Assembly: GCA_017534425.1 (NCBI GenBank)
Contig: JAFXWB010000007.1
Span: 17,550-81,549, forward strand
Source: Bacilli bacterium
GTDB taxonomy: Bacteria > Bacillota_I > Bacilli_A > RFN20 > CAG-826
Length of the DNA: 64,000 bases
Direction of reading: 5' to 3'
A program made the translations under genes and the position numbers. Shown here one piece after another: positions 45,092 through 56,675 of this stretch (position 1 is its first letter; each line of letters begins with the position of its first letter). The notes beneath the pieces were generated by a model. The model was not told where the DNA came from. It saw only the letters and a program-made list of their open reading frames with translations, and ran no database searches.

Positions 45092-45961
45092 TTACTTCCA
45101 ATCTTTGAATTCGGAATTTCTTAACATTTCAATTTCAATTTTATATGGAGGTTTATCATCAACAAATGGAGTTTCAAGAATCTTTGGAACACTTTCAATT
45201 CTTGGGTTATGCACGACTTTATTAAGTGCATCAAAACCAATTTCTCCATATCCAAGGTTTTCATGTCTATCTTTATGAGAACCGATTGGATTTTTTGAGT
45301 CATTAACGTGAACCACGAGCAATTTATCTAAACCGACAGTATTTTCTACATTGTCAAGAATCGATTCAAATTCATTGATATCATAATTATTGTCACTTAT
45401 GTGACAAGTATCTAAACAAATTCCGATTCTTTCAGGATAATCTGTTTTGGAAATAATTTCTTGCATTTGCTCAAATGAAGTACCCATTTCTGAGCCTTTT
45501 CCAGCCATTGTTTCAAGTGCTATTTTAACATCAGTTCCATCTTGAGATAAAACCCAGTTAAGTGCTTTTACGATAGAATCGATTCCATTTTCTACTCCAG
45601 TATTCACGTGGCTACCTGGATGAAGAACTAAGATTTTACAGCCAAATCCAGCAGTTCTTTTCACTTCATTTAAAAGGACTGATTTAGCCATTTCATAGTT
45701 ATTTTGGTTTAATTGATTAGCAATATTAATGATGTAAGGAGCATGAACAACAATTTTATCTTCATCAAATCCATGTTCTTTAATAAGAGCACGACCTTCT
45801 TCAATTTTTAGTTTTTCAAGTGGAGATCTAAACGCATTTTGAGGTGCACCTGTATAAAACATGAATGTTGTTGAACCATACGAAATAGCTTCTTCAACAG
45901 AACCTAAATAATATTTAGGGGCCGACATTGAAACGTGTGAACCAATTAATAATTTATCCAT
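45092..45961 (-). CDS. nfo: Endonuclease IV
   Basis: AP endonuclease family 2 TIM barrel. Motifs HAPY, LETMAGKG and HVNDS. Confidence 0.9.
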   Translation of the reverse strand: MDKLLIGSHVSMSAPKYYLGSVEEAISYGSTTFMFYTGAPQNAFRSPLEKLKIEEGRALIKEHGFDEDKIVVHAPYIINIANQLNQNNYEMAKSVLLNEVKRTAGFGCKILVLHPGSHVNTGVENGIDSIVKALNWVLSQDGTDVKIALETMAGKGSEMGTSFEQMQEIISKTDYPERIGICLDTCHISDNNYDINEFESILDNVENTVGLDKLLVVHVNDSKNPIGSHKDRHENLGYGEIGFDALNKVVHNPRIESVPKILETPFVDDKPPYKIEIEMLRNSEFKDWK

Positions 45962-47306
45962 TTTGATTCTCCCTCTTGTAGCGTTCTACTCTTTGACGTC
46001 TTATATCCTTACGGATAATTTCACGTCTATGTTTTTGTTTAACCTTTTCAATAGCTTCTTTTTGTTTTTTCTTGTAACCAGGTTTAACTTTTTTATCTTT
46101 TGATCTAGTTTGAGCTTTGACTTGTCTAATCTTTGACTCAAGTTCTTCATCTTTCTTTCTTTTGGTAGGATGAGATTTTTCAATACCTTTTCCTACGACA
46201 AGTTCTTTATCTCTAAGTACCAAGTACTTAAATTTAACACCATTTTGAATTAAGGCTAATGGTTTTGCCGTTTTATCGTTGTTATAGAATGTGTAGCAAT
46301 TACCAGTTTTGTTAAATCTTCCAGTTCTTCCTGCACGATGATAATAGAATTCGAGATTGTTTGGAAGATCGACGTTAATAACGTCACTTACATCAGGAAT
46401 ATCTAGCCCTCTTGCAGCCATATCTGAACACACAAGAATATAAAATTCGCCATCTTTAACTCTTCTAATAATTGATTTTCTTTCGCGAACATCTAAATCA
46501 CCTGTAAGTAAGGCGGCTTTATATTTTCTCGCTCTTAAGCCCGCATAAAGTTCATTAGCAGTTTCTTTTTTAGACGCAAAAACAAGTAATAAGTAAGGTT
46601 TAATAGCCTCAATTACGTCAATCAATGATGTTGAAACATCATTATGTCTAATATCAATAAGATAATGTGTGACATTAGAAGCCGTCATTGTTTCTTCGTT
46701 AATAACTGGAACATTTGGGCCAATATAACGCTCAAGTTCATGTGCTAAATTGCTTTCTAATGTGGCTGAATAAACTAAGAACCTTGGTTTATTTGTTTGT
46801 TCGACAATCTTATCAATTTCACCAAAGAAACCTTCTCTTAAAAGCATATCGGCCTCATCAAGAACGATTGTATTAACTCCTTTAAGACTGACTTTACCTA
46901 CTAAAATGTCGGCAAGTCTACCTGGAGTTCCAATAGCAATATGTGGAGGAATTGAAAGGCCTTGTGAGCTTTCTTCTCTTTCGATACCTGATTTAAATAA
47001 TTTAATTTTAAGTATTGGAAATTCTTTCACAAAAGGAATTGCGAAATCATAGATTTGTTGAGCAAGTTCTCTTGTAGGAGCAACAATAATTGCCTGAATC
47101 GATTGATTAAATAAATCAATCTTTTCAATAATCGGGACTAAAAAAGCTAAAGTTTTTCCGGTTCCAGTTGCAGACTGAACCATCAAAGTTTCGCCCTTTA
47201 AAGCCTTTGGAATTGATCTAAGTTGAATCTCAGAAGGGTTAGTAAAACCTTGTCTATTTAAAGACTTGATCATTTGTTCTGATAAATTAATTCCTTTGAA
47301 TGACAT
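45954..47306 (-). CDS. cshB: DEAD-box ATP-dependent RNA helicase with basic C-terminal tail
   Basis: Q-motif, AQSATGTGKT-like Walker A, DEAD, SAT and HRAGRTGR. Positional equivalent of Bacillus yqfR/cshB next to nfo. Confidence 0.7.
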   Translation of the reverse strand: MSFKGINLSEQMIKSLNRQGFTNPSEIQLRSIPKALKGETLMVQSATGTGKTLAFLVPIIEKIDLFNQSIQAIIVAPTRELAQQIYDFAIPFVKEFPILKIKLFKSGIEREESSQGLSIPPHIAIGTPGRLADILVGKVSLKGVNTIVLDEADMLLREGFFGEIDKIVEQTNKPRFLVYSATLESNLAHELERYIGPNVPVINEETMTASNVTHYLIDIRHNDVSTSLIDVIEAIKPYLLLVFASKKETANELYAGLRARKYKAALLTGDLDVRERKSIIRRVKDGEFYILVCSDMAARGLDIPDVSDVINVDLPNNLEFYYHRAGRTGRFNKTGNCYTFYNNDKTAKPLALIQNGVKFKYLVLRDKELVVGKGIEKSHPTKRKKDEELESKIRQVKAQTRSKDKKVKPGYKKKQKEAIEKVKQKHRREIIRKDIRRQRVERYKRENQNG

Positions 47307-47363
47307 AATTTTTCCCGCGCCTAATTATACACGAAAAATTGGAAATGTGGTATTATAGGACAC

Positions 47364-48227
47364 GTGAAAGTAACAGTTTTAGAACCATATGGCTATTGCT
47401 CTGGCGTTGAACGCGCTATGAAAATGGCAATTGAAACAAAAGAAAATAACCCTACTAAAAATGTAGTTGTTTTAGGGATGCTTGTTCATAACGAGGATTC
47501 TTTAAGAACACTTGAAAAACACGGAATAAAGACAATTTACGACAAAAATTGTTCTTTAGAACAACTCGTCGATAAGATTTCAGAACCTTCAATCGTTATT
47601 TTAACAGCCCATGGTCATTCAAAATCTGTCGAAGAGAAGCTCACTGAAAAAGGTCACACGATTGTTGATGCCACTTGTCCGTTTGTTTCAAATTCATTTA
47701 AAGAAATTCAAAAAGCTTTAAATAAAAATTCATATGTATTTTATGTTGGTGTTAAAAATCATCCAGAGTCCACTGCCGCTTTATCTATTTCTGATAAAGT
47801 TCTTTTTATAGACTACAAAGCCCCTGAAATTCCAAAAATTGACTGTAAATCACCTTTGGTGATATCGCAAACTACTTTATCTCATTTAGAAGTTTTTGAT
47901 ATTTATATGAAAATCGAAAAAGAATATCCAAAAGCCAAAATTTCAAAAGGAATTTGTCGCGCCTCCACAAGTAGACAACTCGCACTTGGAAAACTTGATG
48001 CCGATGTCGATCTTATTTACGTCGTTGGCGGAATCAATTCTAATAACTCAAGAACGTTATATAATATCGCAAAAGGCCTTTATCCAAATAAAAAGGTTGA
48101 ACTTATTCAAAATGCTTCTGAAATAAATAAAAAAGACCTTTTAGGTCTTTCTCATATAGCAATTTCCTCTGGAGCATCAACTCCTAAAGAGGTTATTGAA
48201 GAAATTAAATCAAGTTTACTTAATTAA
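47364..48227 (+). CDS. ispH: 4-hydroxy-3-methylbut-2-enyl diphosphate reductase
   Basis: GTG start. G.C.GV.RA, HGHS.. and C..V... motifs with conserved Cys residues. 287 aa. Confidence 0.88.
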   Translation: MKVTVLEPYGYCSGVERAMKMAIETKENNPTKNVVVLGMLVHNEDSLRTLEKHGIKTIYDKNCSLEQLVDKISEPSIVILTAHGHSKSVEEKLTEKGHTIVDATCPFVSNSFKEIQKALNKNSYVFYVGVKNHPESTAALSISDKVLFIDYKAPEIPKIDCKSPLVISQTTLSHLEVFDIYMKIEKEYPKAKISKGICRASTSRQLALGKLDADVDLIYVVGGINSNNSRTLYNIAKGLYPNKKVELIQNASEINKKDLLGLSHIAISSGASTPKEVIEEIKSSLLN

Positions 48228-48989
48228 TTCTGGAATTACTTCGTGATCGATTATTTCTACCTTCAAGGTTGAGTCAATCTCATGAAGTATTTTTTTCATT
48301 TGAGGCATGAAAATTCTTTCGATTTCGTGGCTCACGTCAAGGAAATTGTAATGCTCCGATAAAACATCTCTTCTAGCATGATGTGGAATATCTCCAGAGA
48401 TGAAAATGTCATAACCTTCGTCCATTGCGATTCTAAATTCTCTTGAACCGCCACCTCCGACAATTGCGACAGTTTTAATCTCGTTTTTGCCACCATGAAT
48501 AAGGTGAGAATACTCAAGATTTAAACATTTATTTGCATAAAATGCAAACTCGTGGATTTCCATTGCTTTTTCTAGCTCACCACCACGCGCCATTCTGCAC
48601 TTTTCCAAAGAGCGAACATTTTTGAGATTTAAGGCTTCTGCTAAAGCATCATTCATGCCATCGCGACCTGTGTCAAAGTTTGTATGCATTGAATAAACAG
48701 GAATACCTAATTTATCGATTGCTTCACAAACACGACGTTTAGTTTCGTTATGATTTAAGACAGTCATTCTTGGACCATAAATAAATGGATGGTGAGTTAA
48801 GATTAAGTCTGGTTTTTTATCCATTTTCTTAACCATTTCAAGAACAAACCCATCGAAATCAAGGCAAAGCAAAATATGGTTAATATTATCTGGTAGTTTT
48901 CCAGTCATTAAACCGATTCTATCACCACGACTTTTGATGGATTTTGGAAATCTTTTAGCAAGTTCTCTAAATAGTTTAATTTTTTCCAT
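48216..48989 (-). CDS. Nif3-like dinuclear metal center protein (YqfO homolog)
   Basis: LTHHP motif, C-terminal SGD..HH..R, and position next to trmK. Confidence 0.8.
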   Translation of the reverse strand: MEKIKLFRELAKRFPKSIKSRGDRIGLMTGKLPDNINHILLCLDFDGFVLEMVKKMDKKPDLILTHHPFIYGPRMTVLNHNETKRRVCEAIDKLGIPVYSMHTNFDTGRDGMNDALAEALNLKNVRSLEKCRMARGGELEKAMEIHEFAFYANKCLNLEYSHLIHGGKNEIKTVAIVGGGGSREFRIAMDEGYDIFISGDIPHHARRDVLSEHYNFLDVSHEIERIFMPQMKKILHEIDSTLKVEIIDHEVIPELIK

Positions 48990-49641
48990 ATTTTCTTAAT
49001 CTCTCATTCATTTTCATTAGTTTCAAGACTTTGTCTTGCATGTTATCTAAATCTTTGATTTTTTCGATTGTTTTATTGTTTGTCTCAATTAAATAATCAC
49101 GATATTTTGGCCACAATTCATCTTTGTATAATTGATGTCCAATTTGAAGAGAATTTTCGCTATAATTATGTACTTTTTCAGACCTTTTAAATTCACTTAC
49201 GACATAGAATTTGTTTTGTTCAAACACTATTTTTTCGCAAACAATTCTAAAACCATAATTTACGATTGTTCTTCTTGCAATATCGATGTCTCTATGGGCA
49301 TCAATAACGATTTTTTGTAGACCTTTAACTTTATCTGGATGAGCATTTAAAATATTTTTAATATTTATTCCGCCCATTCCGGCAATTACCACTGTTTTTG
49401 TTTCTTTATTAACAGAAGCAATGCCATCAGATAAGGAAAGTTTTATATTTTTTAAGCCTTTTAGGTTATTTTCAAGAATCTTATATGGGCCAATTTTATT
49501 TTCGATAGCTGTTATGGTTATATTTTGATGCTTTGCAATCAAATATAGTTCAAAAAGACCATGATCTGCGCCGACATCGACGACAGCATCACCTTTAGCA
49601 ATAAAATCGCCAATAGTTTTGATTCTTGTGGAAACAACCAT
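48976..49641 (-). CDS. trmK: tRNA (adenine22-N1)-methyltransferase TrmK
   Basis: VDVGADHG SAM-binding motif, AGMGG. Immediately downstream of sigA, as yqfN is. Confidence 0.8.
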   Translation of the reverse strand: MVVSTRIKTIGDFIAKGDAVVDVGADHGLFELYLIAKHQNITITAIENKIGPYKILENNLKGLKNIKLSLSDGIASVNKETKTVVIAGMGGINIKNILNAHPDKVKGLQKIVIDAHRDIDIARRTIVNYGFRIVCEKIVFEQNKFYVVSEFKRSEKVHNYSENSLQIGHQLYKDELWPKYRDYLIETNNKTIEKIKDLDNMQDKVLKLMKMNERLRKYGKN

Positions 49642-50915
49642 TAACCTTTAATCTCTCTATAATCACCTAAACGTGAAACACGTTTACGAGTTCTTAGTTT
49701 TTTAATAGCCTTAGCTTCAATTTGACGAATACGTTCACGGGTAACACCAAAGACTTTACCGACTTCTTCAAGTGTTCTTGGGTGATTATCAATAAGTCCA
49801 TATCTAAGTTCCAAGACTCTTCTTTCTCTATCAGTAAGTTCTAACATAACCTCGTTAAGTTCATCCTTAAGGAGTGATTTTGTTGTGTAATCACTTGGAG
49901 ATTCAACTTCCTTATCTTCAAGGAAATCACCTAAGTGGGAATCATCCTCTTCACCGATAGGAGTCTCTAAAGAGACTGGTTCTTGATTAATACGTTGAAT
50001 TTCTCTAATTCTAGCTGCAGATAAAGCACCTTCAAGCCGATCAGAGATTTCTTCTGCGGTTGGATCTCTACCGAGTTCTTGAACGAGTTGTCTTTGTGCT
50101 CTTGTAATCTTATTAATTGTTTCAACCATGTGAACTGGAATACGGATTGTACGAGCTTGGTCAGCGATTGCACGTGTGATTGCCTGACGAATCCACCAAG
50201 TTGCATAAGTTGAAAACTTAAATCCCTTGGTATAATCAAACTTTTCAACTGCTTTAATTAAGCCCATGTTACCTTCTTGAATAAGATCAAGGAATGGCAT
50301 GCCACGACCAGCATAACGTTTTGCAATAGAAATAACTAAACGCAAGTTTGCATTAATTAATTCTTGTTTTGCATCTTCATCTCCAGCAATAATTCTTTGG
50401 GCAAGTTCAATTTCTTGCTGAGCATTTAAAAGTGGAACTTTTCCGATTTCTTTAAGATATATCTTAACGGAGTCGTTTACTTTAACGTCACCAATAACAA
50501 GTTTTGAGATGTCTTGAAGTTCTTTTTCGTCTGGAACATCATCGTCGTCCATGTCCATGGAAACACTGTCTTCGTCAAATTCGAGTTCTTCAATGCCTTC
50601 TTCATCTTCATCAGAAATGACGTTGATATTATTGGATTTAAAGTAGTTAATTAATTCGTCAACATCCTTATCTTCCAAATCTAAAAATGAGATAGCGTCT
50701 TGAATTTCAGCTTGTTCAATTTCGTTACCATCAGCTTTTGCTTTCTTAAGTAAGCGGGCTTTAATTGAATCTAATGATTCAATGTCTTCATCATCTTCAC
50801 TAATTTCAGCAGACTTAACCTTCTTTTCCTTCACTACTTTTTTGACAACTTTGCTTGTTTCCTTCTTTGTAGTTTTGGTTGTTTTCGCTGTTTTTGTTAC
50901 TTCTTCTTTAGCCAT
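49641..50915 (-). CDS. sigA: RNA polymerase primary sigma factor
   Basis: Regions 1.2-4.2 (YLKEIG, IAKRY..RG...[48 protein letters not shown]). The start was moved to the ATG at 50915, which follows a GGGAGG SD. Confidence 0.95.
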   Translation of the reverse strand: MAKEEVTKTAKTTKTTKKETSKVVKKVVKEKKVKSAEISEDDEDIESLDSIKARLLKKAKADGNEIEQAEIQDAISFLDLEDKDVDELINYFKSNNINVISDEDEEGIEELEFDEDSVSMDMDDDDVPDEKELQDISKLVIGDVKVNDSVKIYLKEIGKVPLLNAQQEIELAQRIIAGDEDAKQELINANLRLVISIAKRYAGRGMPFLDLIQEGNMGLIKAVEKFDYTKGFKFSTYATWWIRQAITRAIADQARTIRIPVHMVETINKITRAQRQLVQELGRDPTAEEISDRLEGALSAARIREIQRINQEPVSLETPIGEEDDSHLGDFLEDKEVESPSDYTTKSLLKDELNEVMLELTDRERRVLELRYGLIDNHPRTLEEVGKVFGVTRERIRQIEAKAIKKLRTRKRVSRLGDYREIKG

Positions 50916-50938
50916 TTTTTGTCCTCCCAATTTGACGA

Positions 50939-52744
50939 CTATTTTTGTTTCTTTTTGAGATACTCTGCGATTATACGAGCTTGTTCTTCTGGAGATTTGC
51001 CTTCGCATTCTTGTTTCAAGAGATTTTTCTCGTAAATCTTAGTTCTCTCTTCATTTATAACGACTTGGCAGTCTTCTAGAATCTTTTTAGAATACTGTTC
51101 CTTGTCTTTTCTAAAACCAATAGCGGTGATTTCAGAAATAATTTCATCTTTATTTTTAATATCAAGCGTATTAAGTTCATCAATCATTGCTGATGAATCG
51201 ATATCTTTAGCAGATTTATGCTGTTCCAATATGAAGTTTGCAATAGCACGATAAACTTCGTTATAGAAATACTTAATATCTTGCTCGTAAAACTTAATTG
51301 CTTCATCAGACACAAACATTAAATCAAGCACTGTTCTTTCTGCCAAGGTGAGTCTACGAACATCTCGATCAATTTTCTTTAAATTAAGTGAAGTATCAAC
51401 TTCTTCATTAACATAAGTTAATGCTGGAGCATTAGTTGTAGTTTTTCTTCTAAAGTCTTTAAGTGAATTTCGGATTGCTTGAGAAGTAAATCCTGTCGCC
51501 TCCGCAAGTTTATAGATGTAATCATCTTGAACAAGTCGACTATCTAGTGATGCAATCATCGGCATGAAGTGATGAATAACTTTCTTTTTATCTTCAATTG
51601 AGCCGAGTGGCGAAATGTTTTGATAATAGTTAAGTGCGAAGTTAAATGGATCAACTAATGAACTTACATAAGCTTTAAGCTTATCTTCACCATCTTGTTT
51701 AAGAATTTCATCTGGGTCACGAACTTCGCCAGGGACAGACACTAAACGGTATGGAAGACGAGCTTCATCAAGTTGTGCCATAAGTTGCATCATGGCGGCT
51801 TGACCTGGTTTATCTCCATCTAAGCAAATTCTAATTTCAACACCTAATTTCCTTAATAATTCAATATGTTGTTTTGTTAATTTTGTCGACATTAAGGCCA
51901 CACAAGAAGTAATTCCAATCGTGTCGAAGGCAAAAACATCCATAAATCCCTCAACAACATAAATGTAACCATCATGTCTTGCATTTTGTTTTGCAAGATA
52001 ATAGTTATATAGAATGTTACCTTTTGTAAAAATGACAGTTTCAGGTGAGTTTACATACTTTGGTGCCTCTGGATCATCGTTAATCTTACGAGCAGAGAAA
52101 CCTACGACTTGTCCGTTTGCATCTTTAATAGGGAAAATTAATCTTCCTTGATTGTTATCGCTCATTCCGGAGGTTTGAGCTTTACAAATGCCCGTGTTTT
52201 CGATGTTCTTTAATGAGAATCCTTTTGCTTTAAGATATTCAATTGTCATGTTGCCGTCTTTGAACGCATAACCAACACCAAATTTTGCACATTGTTCTTG
52301 GCTTAATTTACGTTTCTCGAGATAGTCTCGAGCAGCTTTTCCCTCATCGGTTGTTAAAGCATAAACATAATACTTTTGAAGTTCGTTAATGCAGTTATAA
52401 ACTGGCACTAAGTTCTCATCGATTTTTTTAGCGTAAACTTGCTTATGTAATCGTGGATCATCAAAACCAATAATATCACAAACTTTTCTAACAGCTTCTT
52501 CGAAGTTACATTTGTCATATTTTTGAACAAAGGTGAAAACATCACCACCAGTTTGACAAACGAAACAATGGAAAGTTTGTCTTTCTTTGCTTATTTGCAT
52601 TGATGGATCATGGTCATCGTGAAAAGGACAAACAGCAACATAGCCTTTGCCTTTCTTTTGCACGGTTGAACAATAGTATGAAATTACATCAACAATGTCA
52701 GCACGTTGTTTAATTTCTTTTACTAAATCGAAATCAATTGCCAT
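50939..52744 (-). CDS. dnaG: DNA primase
   Basis: Zinc finger CPFH.D..PS....FHCF.C, Toprim EG..D, 601 aa. Confidence 0.93.
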   Translation of the reverse strand: MAIDFDLVKEIKQRADIVDVISYYCSTVQKKGKGYVAVCPFHDDHDPSMQISKERQTFHCFVCQTGGDVFTFVQKYDKCNFEEAVRKVCDIIGFDDPRLHKQVYAKKIDENLVPVYNCINELQKYYVYALTTDEGKAARDYLEKRKLSQEQCAKFGVGYAFKDGNMTIEYLKAKGFSLKNIENTGICKAQTSGMSDNNQGRLIFPIKDANGQVVGFSARKINDDPEAPKYVNSPETVIFTKGNILYNYYLAKQNARHDGYIYVVEGFMDVFAFDTIGITSCVALMSTKLTKQHIELLRKLGVEIRICLDGDKPGQAAMMQLMAQLDEARLPYRLVSVPGEVRDPDEILKQDGEDKLKAYVSSLVDPFNFALNYYQNISPLGSIEDKKKVIHHFMPMIASLDSRLVQDDYIYKLAEATGFTSQAIRNSLKDFRRKTTTNAPALTYVNEEVDTSLNLKKIDRDVRRLTLAERTVLDLMFVSDEAIKFYEQDIKYFYNEVYRAIANFILEQHKSAKDIDSSAMIDELNTLDIKNKDEIISEITAIGFRKDKEQYSKKILEDCQVVINEERTKIYEKNLLKQECEGKSPEEQARIIAEYLKKKQK

Positions 52745-52747
52745 TAA

Positions 52748-54115
52748 TTATTCCTCAAGTGCTTCTTCCAAATAATCTTTGACTTTGTCAATTGGAAGTC
52801 TAACTTGTTTCATAGAATCTCTTTCACGAATTGTGACTGAGTTATCATTTTCAGTATCAAAATCAACTGTAATGCAGAATGGAGTGCCAATTGCATCTTG
52901 TCTACGATATCTTTTGCCAATTGAACCTGTGTCGTCATAAACGACATGGAACTTCTTGGCGAGTTTAAGTTGTAATTCTCTTGCGAATTCCTTTTGTTGT
53001 TTTGAAAGTGGAAGAACTGCTGCAAGATATGGAGCAAGATTTGGTTTGAAGTGCATAACGACTCTAGAGTCGTTTTCTAATTCTTCGACATCATATGCAT
53101 CAGTTGCAACCATTAAGAAAATACGATCAACACCCATTGATGGTTCAATACAATATGGAACATATTTTTCATTAGTTTCTGGGTCTAAATATTCTAAGGA
53201 TTGTTTTGAAGCATCCATATGACGTTTAAGGTCATAGTCAGTTCTATCAGCAACACCTAAAATTTCACCCCAACCAAATGGGAATTTATATTCAACGTCA
53301 CATGTTCCTTTAGAATAGAACGCTAATTCTTCTGGTTCATGATCTCTATAACGAAGGTTTTCTTCTTTAATTCCAAGAGATTCAAGGAACTTTAAGCTGT
53401 AATCTTTCCAATACTTGAACCATTCAAGGTCTGTACCTGGTTTACAGAAGAATTCACATTCCATTTGTTCGAATTCACGAACACGGAAAATGAAGTTACC
53501 TGGAGTAATTTCGTTACGGAAGGCTTTACCGATAGCACAAATACCAAATGGGATTTTTTTACGAGATGTTCTTTGAACATTTTTGAAGTTAACAAACATA
53601 CCTTGAGCTGTTTCTGGACGTAAGTAAACTAATGATTCACTTGCTTCAGTAACACCGATATGAGTTCTAAACATCATGTTAAATTGTCTAATGTCTGTGA
53701 AGTCAGATTTACCACAAACTGGGCATTTAACGTGATTTAATCTAATAAATTCCATCATTTGTTCTTGACTCATGCCGTGAACATCTACGTCTGGATATTG
53801 TTCTTCAATTAAATTGTCTGCTCTATGTCTAGCGTGACATGACTTGCAGTCAATTAATGGATCTGAGAAGGTTGCAACGTGTCCTGTTGCTTTCCAAACA
53901 CCTGGATTCATTAAAATTGCGGCATCAATTCCAACATTAGTTGGAGATTCTTGGACAAACTTCTTCCAATAAGCTCTTTTAATGTTGTTTTTTAATTCAA
54001 CTCCTAAAGGACCGTAGTCCCAAGAGTTTGATAATCCACCATAAATTTCTGAATCTGGATATACAAAACCACTTGTAATCAAATGATTTACAATTTCATC
54101 AAATTTCTTTTCCAT
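52748..54115 (-). CDS. glyQS: Glycine--tRNA ligase (alpha2 homodimeric type)
   Basis: Class II motifs, YLRPETAQG, 455 aa. Confidence 0.92.
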   Translation of the reverse strand: MEKKFDEIVNHLITSGFVYPDSEIYGGLSNSWDYGPLGVELKNNIKRAYWKKFVQESPTNVGIDAAILMNPGVWKATGHVATFSDPLIDCKSCHARHRADNLIEEQYPDVDVHGMSQEQMMEFIRLNHVKCPVCGKSDFTDIRQFNMMFRTHIGVTEASESLVYLRPETAQGMFVNFKNVQRTSRKKIPFGICAIGKAFRNEITPGNFIFRVREFEQMECEFFCKPGTDLEWFKYWKDYSLKFLESLGIKEENLRYRDHEPEELAFYSKGTCDVEYKFPFGWGEILGVADRTDYDLKRHMDASKQSLEYLDPETNEKYVPYCIEPSMGVDRIFLMVATDAYDVEELENDSRVVMHFKPNLAPYLAAVLPLSKQQKEFARELQLKLAKKFHVVYDDTGSIGKRYRRQDAIGTPFCITVDFDTENDNSVTIRERDSMKQVRLPIDKVKDYLEEALEE

Positions 54116-54196
54116 ATTATATAGTCCTCATTAAAAATGATAGCAATAAATATCCTACTTTTCGACTATCTTGTCAACCTATTTTAAGTGTACTTA

Positions 54197-54913
54197 TTAT
54201 ATTTGCTTTAACAAAGTTAGAGATTTAAATTCAATTTGAGAGACAAAATTTAGGAACTCGCAAAGCTCAAATATAATTGCTTTACATTCATCATTGCTAA
54301 AAGCAACTTTTGTAAAATTAGGAACATCTACTTTAAAGATGTAACGTAATATTTTTAATTTTCTCGGATCAGTTTTGACGTGTTTAGAGGCATCAAAACA
54401 ATTTTGACAAATAAATCCTCCATCTTTATAAGATAAGGCAGTTATTGCGTGTTTTTGACCACAAATAGCACACGAATCAACATCAAGGCCATAACCAGAT
54501 GCTTTCAAAACCTTCGCAAAATATATTAATAGAGCGGTAAGTGGAGAAAATTCTCCATTTAAACACTCTAATGTCTTTTCTAGAAACTCATATGTGTCTT
54601 TCGCATCTCCACTTCCGATAAGTGAATTCGTTATTTCTGAAATGAAGTCAAGAATAGCGAGTTTTTCAAAATCTTTTGTAATGTTGGGATAGGAACAAAT
54701 AACTTCTCCAACTCTTAACCAGTCGCCTTCTTCTCCATTAAATGTTTGGAATCTAGATTTTGTGAATAAGTTCACACTTGGAGCATTCTTTGAAGTAATT
54801 TTTAAAACACCTTTCGCTAAAAAGGATCTAATTCTATCTTTGGTTAAAACACTTATCATCGCCGAACCTTCTTTATAAGAAGTTGAGCGAATAACAATAC
54901 CTTCAAATTCCAT
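54197..54913 (-). CDS. recO: DNA repair protein RecO
   Basis: OB-fold N-terminus and zinc-binding C.IC....C..C. Downstream of era. Confidence 0.8.
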   Translation of the reverse strand: MEFEGIVIRSTSYKEGSAMISVLTKDRIRSFLAKGVLKITSKNAPSVNLFTKSRFQTFNGEEGDWLRVGEVICSYPNITKDFEKLAILDFISEITNSLIGSGDAKDTYEFLEKTLECLNGEFSPLTALLIYFAKVLKASGYGLDVDSCAICGQKHAITALSYKDGGFICQNCFDASKHVKTDPRKLKILRYIFKVDVPNFTKVAFSNDECKAIIFELCEFLNFVSQIEFKSLTLLKQI

Positions 54914-55785
54914 TATTTATAACCTAATTCTTTTAGAATTCTTGGATTATTAAGCCAGTCTTCTTTAACTGAAACGAATAATTCTAAGAAAATGCGTTTA
55001 TTGTAATATTCTTCTAAATCGGTACGAGCTTTCATGCCAATGGCCTTAATTCTTTTGCCGCCTTTGCCAATGACGATTCCTTTATGAGATTCCTTATCAA
55101 CTATTATAGTTGCACGAATATAAACAGCCTCTTTTTTGGATTTAATCTCATCAACACGAACTGCAAGGTCGTGTGGAACTTCATCTTTAAGCAATTTGAG
55201 AAGTTTCTCACGAATGACTTCGCTAATCATGAAAGAAGAATCTTTATCAGTGACTTGATCTTCAGCAAAGTATCTTGGACCTTCTGGAATAACTGATTTA
55301 ACTTCATTAAGAAGTTCTTCGATACCGAAGTTTTCAATTGCAGATGCTTCCAAGATTTTTGCTTTTGGATACATTTCTTGATATTTTGCTTTGATTTGTT
55401 GAACTTCAGGAAGCCTCATTAAATCAATTTTATTGATTACAATGAATAAAGGAATGTCTTTTGAAAGAGATTCATTAATAAAGCGATCGCCTTCATCAAA
55501 CCTTCTAGAAGCATCCACCACTAAAACATTTGCATCAACATCTTTAGCAGAATCTAAAGCTTCTTTATTCATAAATTCACCAAGTGAGTGATTTGCTTTA
55601 TGAATTCCTGGAGTATCTATAAAGATAATTTGATACTCTCCATCATCGTAAATTCCTTTGATAGAATTACGAGTAGTTTGGGCTTTTTCTGTGACAATTG
55701 AAAGTTTTCGCTCTAAGAGAGCGTTTATAATTGTAGACTTACCTGCATTTGGCCTACCAACAATTGAAACAAAGCCGCTTTTCAT
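54913..55785 (-). CDS. era: GTPase Era
   Basis: GRPNAGKST, DTPG, NKID and a C-terminal KH domain (VIGKGG..IK). Confidence 0.95.
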   Translation of the reverse strand: MKSGFVSIVGRPNAGKSTIINALLERKLSIVTEKAQTTRNSIKGIYDDGEYQIIFIDTPGIHKANHSLGEFMNKEALDSAKDVDANVLVVDASRRFDEGDRFINESLSKDIPLFIVINKIDLMRLPEVQQIKAKYQEMYPKAKILEASAIENFGIEELLNEVKSVIPEGPRYFAEDQVTDKDSSFMISEVIREKLLKLLKDEVPHDLAVRVDEIKSKKEAVYIRATIIVDKESHKGIVIGKGGKRIKAIGMKARTDLEEYYNKRIFLELFVSVKEDWLNNPRILKELGYK

Positions 55786-56186
55786 TATTTTAATGCGTCT
55801 TCCGAAAAGGCAAATGGGAGAAGTTCACTAATTGTAGTCTCTTGTACATCGCCTTTTAAATTTGACATATAGATAGGAGCATCTTTTGGGAAAAGTTCAC
55901 TAAGAACTTGTCTACATGCACCACAAGGTGAACATGGTTCGTCAGTGTCTGCCGTTAAAGCTAGAGCAACCATTTCTTCTTTCTGAACGCCATTCATTTT
56001 TGCCATATAAAGTGCGTTTCTTTCAGCACACATGCAAAGAGGATATGAAGAGTTTTCGACGTTTGAACCAACAAAAACTCGACCATCTTTACAAAGTAAA
56101 GCGGCGCCAACAGCAAAATGTGAATAAGGAGAATATGAAAGCTTTCTGGCTTCTTTTGCTCTTTCAATAAGTTCTTCTTTTGTCAT
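55785..56186 (-). CDS. cdd: Cytidine deaminase
   Basis: CAER and PCG.CRQ zinc-binding motifs. 133 aa. Confidence 0.92.
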   Translation of the reverse strand: MTKEELIERAKEARKLSYSPYSHFAVGAALLCKDGRVFVGSNVENSSYPLCMCAERNALYMAKMNGVQKEEMVALALTADTDEPCSPCGACRQVLSELFPKDAPIYMSNLKGDVQETTISELLPFAFSEDALK

Positions 56187-56632
56187 TATTTGAGACCTCC
56201 CAAAATCTTATCTTGTAATTCAAACATTATTTTTTCATCAGCTTCATTCATGTGGTCATATCCAAGCAAATGAAGCATGCCATGAACGAATAAGAACACC
56301 ATTTCTCTTTTAAGAGAATGTTCATATTCTTTAGCTTGTTCTTCAGCTTTTTCAAAAGAAATAATAATTTGCCCTAAGTTAACAGGACCACCTTTTAGTT
56401 CTCTTTCTGATTTTTCATCTAAGAAGGCAAAACTTATAACATCAGTTGGTCGATCAACGTTACGATATTCACGATTAATTTTATGAATAGTTTTGTTATT
56501 AACAATTGTAACGTCGGTAATATATTCGCCTTTTAATTTTAGTTCATCAAAGATTTTAACGTAATAGTCGTTAAACAATTCTTCGTAAGAATCGTATGTC
56601 TTTGGACCTTGGTTCAGAAAATCTATTACCAT
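56186..56632 (-). CDS. ybeY: Endoribonuclease YbeY
   Basis: HGMLHLLGYDH metal-binding motif. Confidence 0.93.
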   Translation of the reverse strand: MVIDFLNQGPKTYDSYEELFNDYYVKIFDELKLKGEYITDVTIVNNKTIHKINREYRNVDRPTDVISFAFLDEKSERELKGGPVNLGQIIISFEKAEEQAKEYEHSLKREMVFLFVHGMLHLLGYDHMNEADEKIMFELQDKILGGLK

Positions 56633-56675
56633 ATTCTTAAGGAAAAGTATTATATCATACTTTCACTTCAAATAT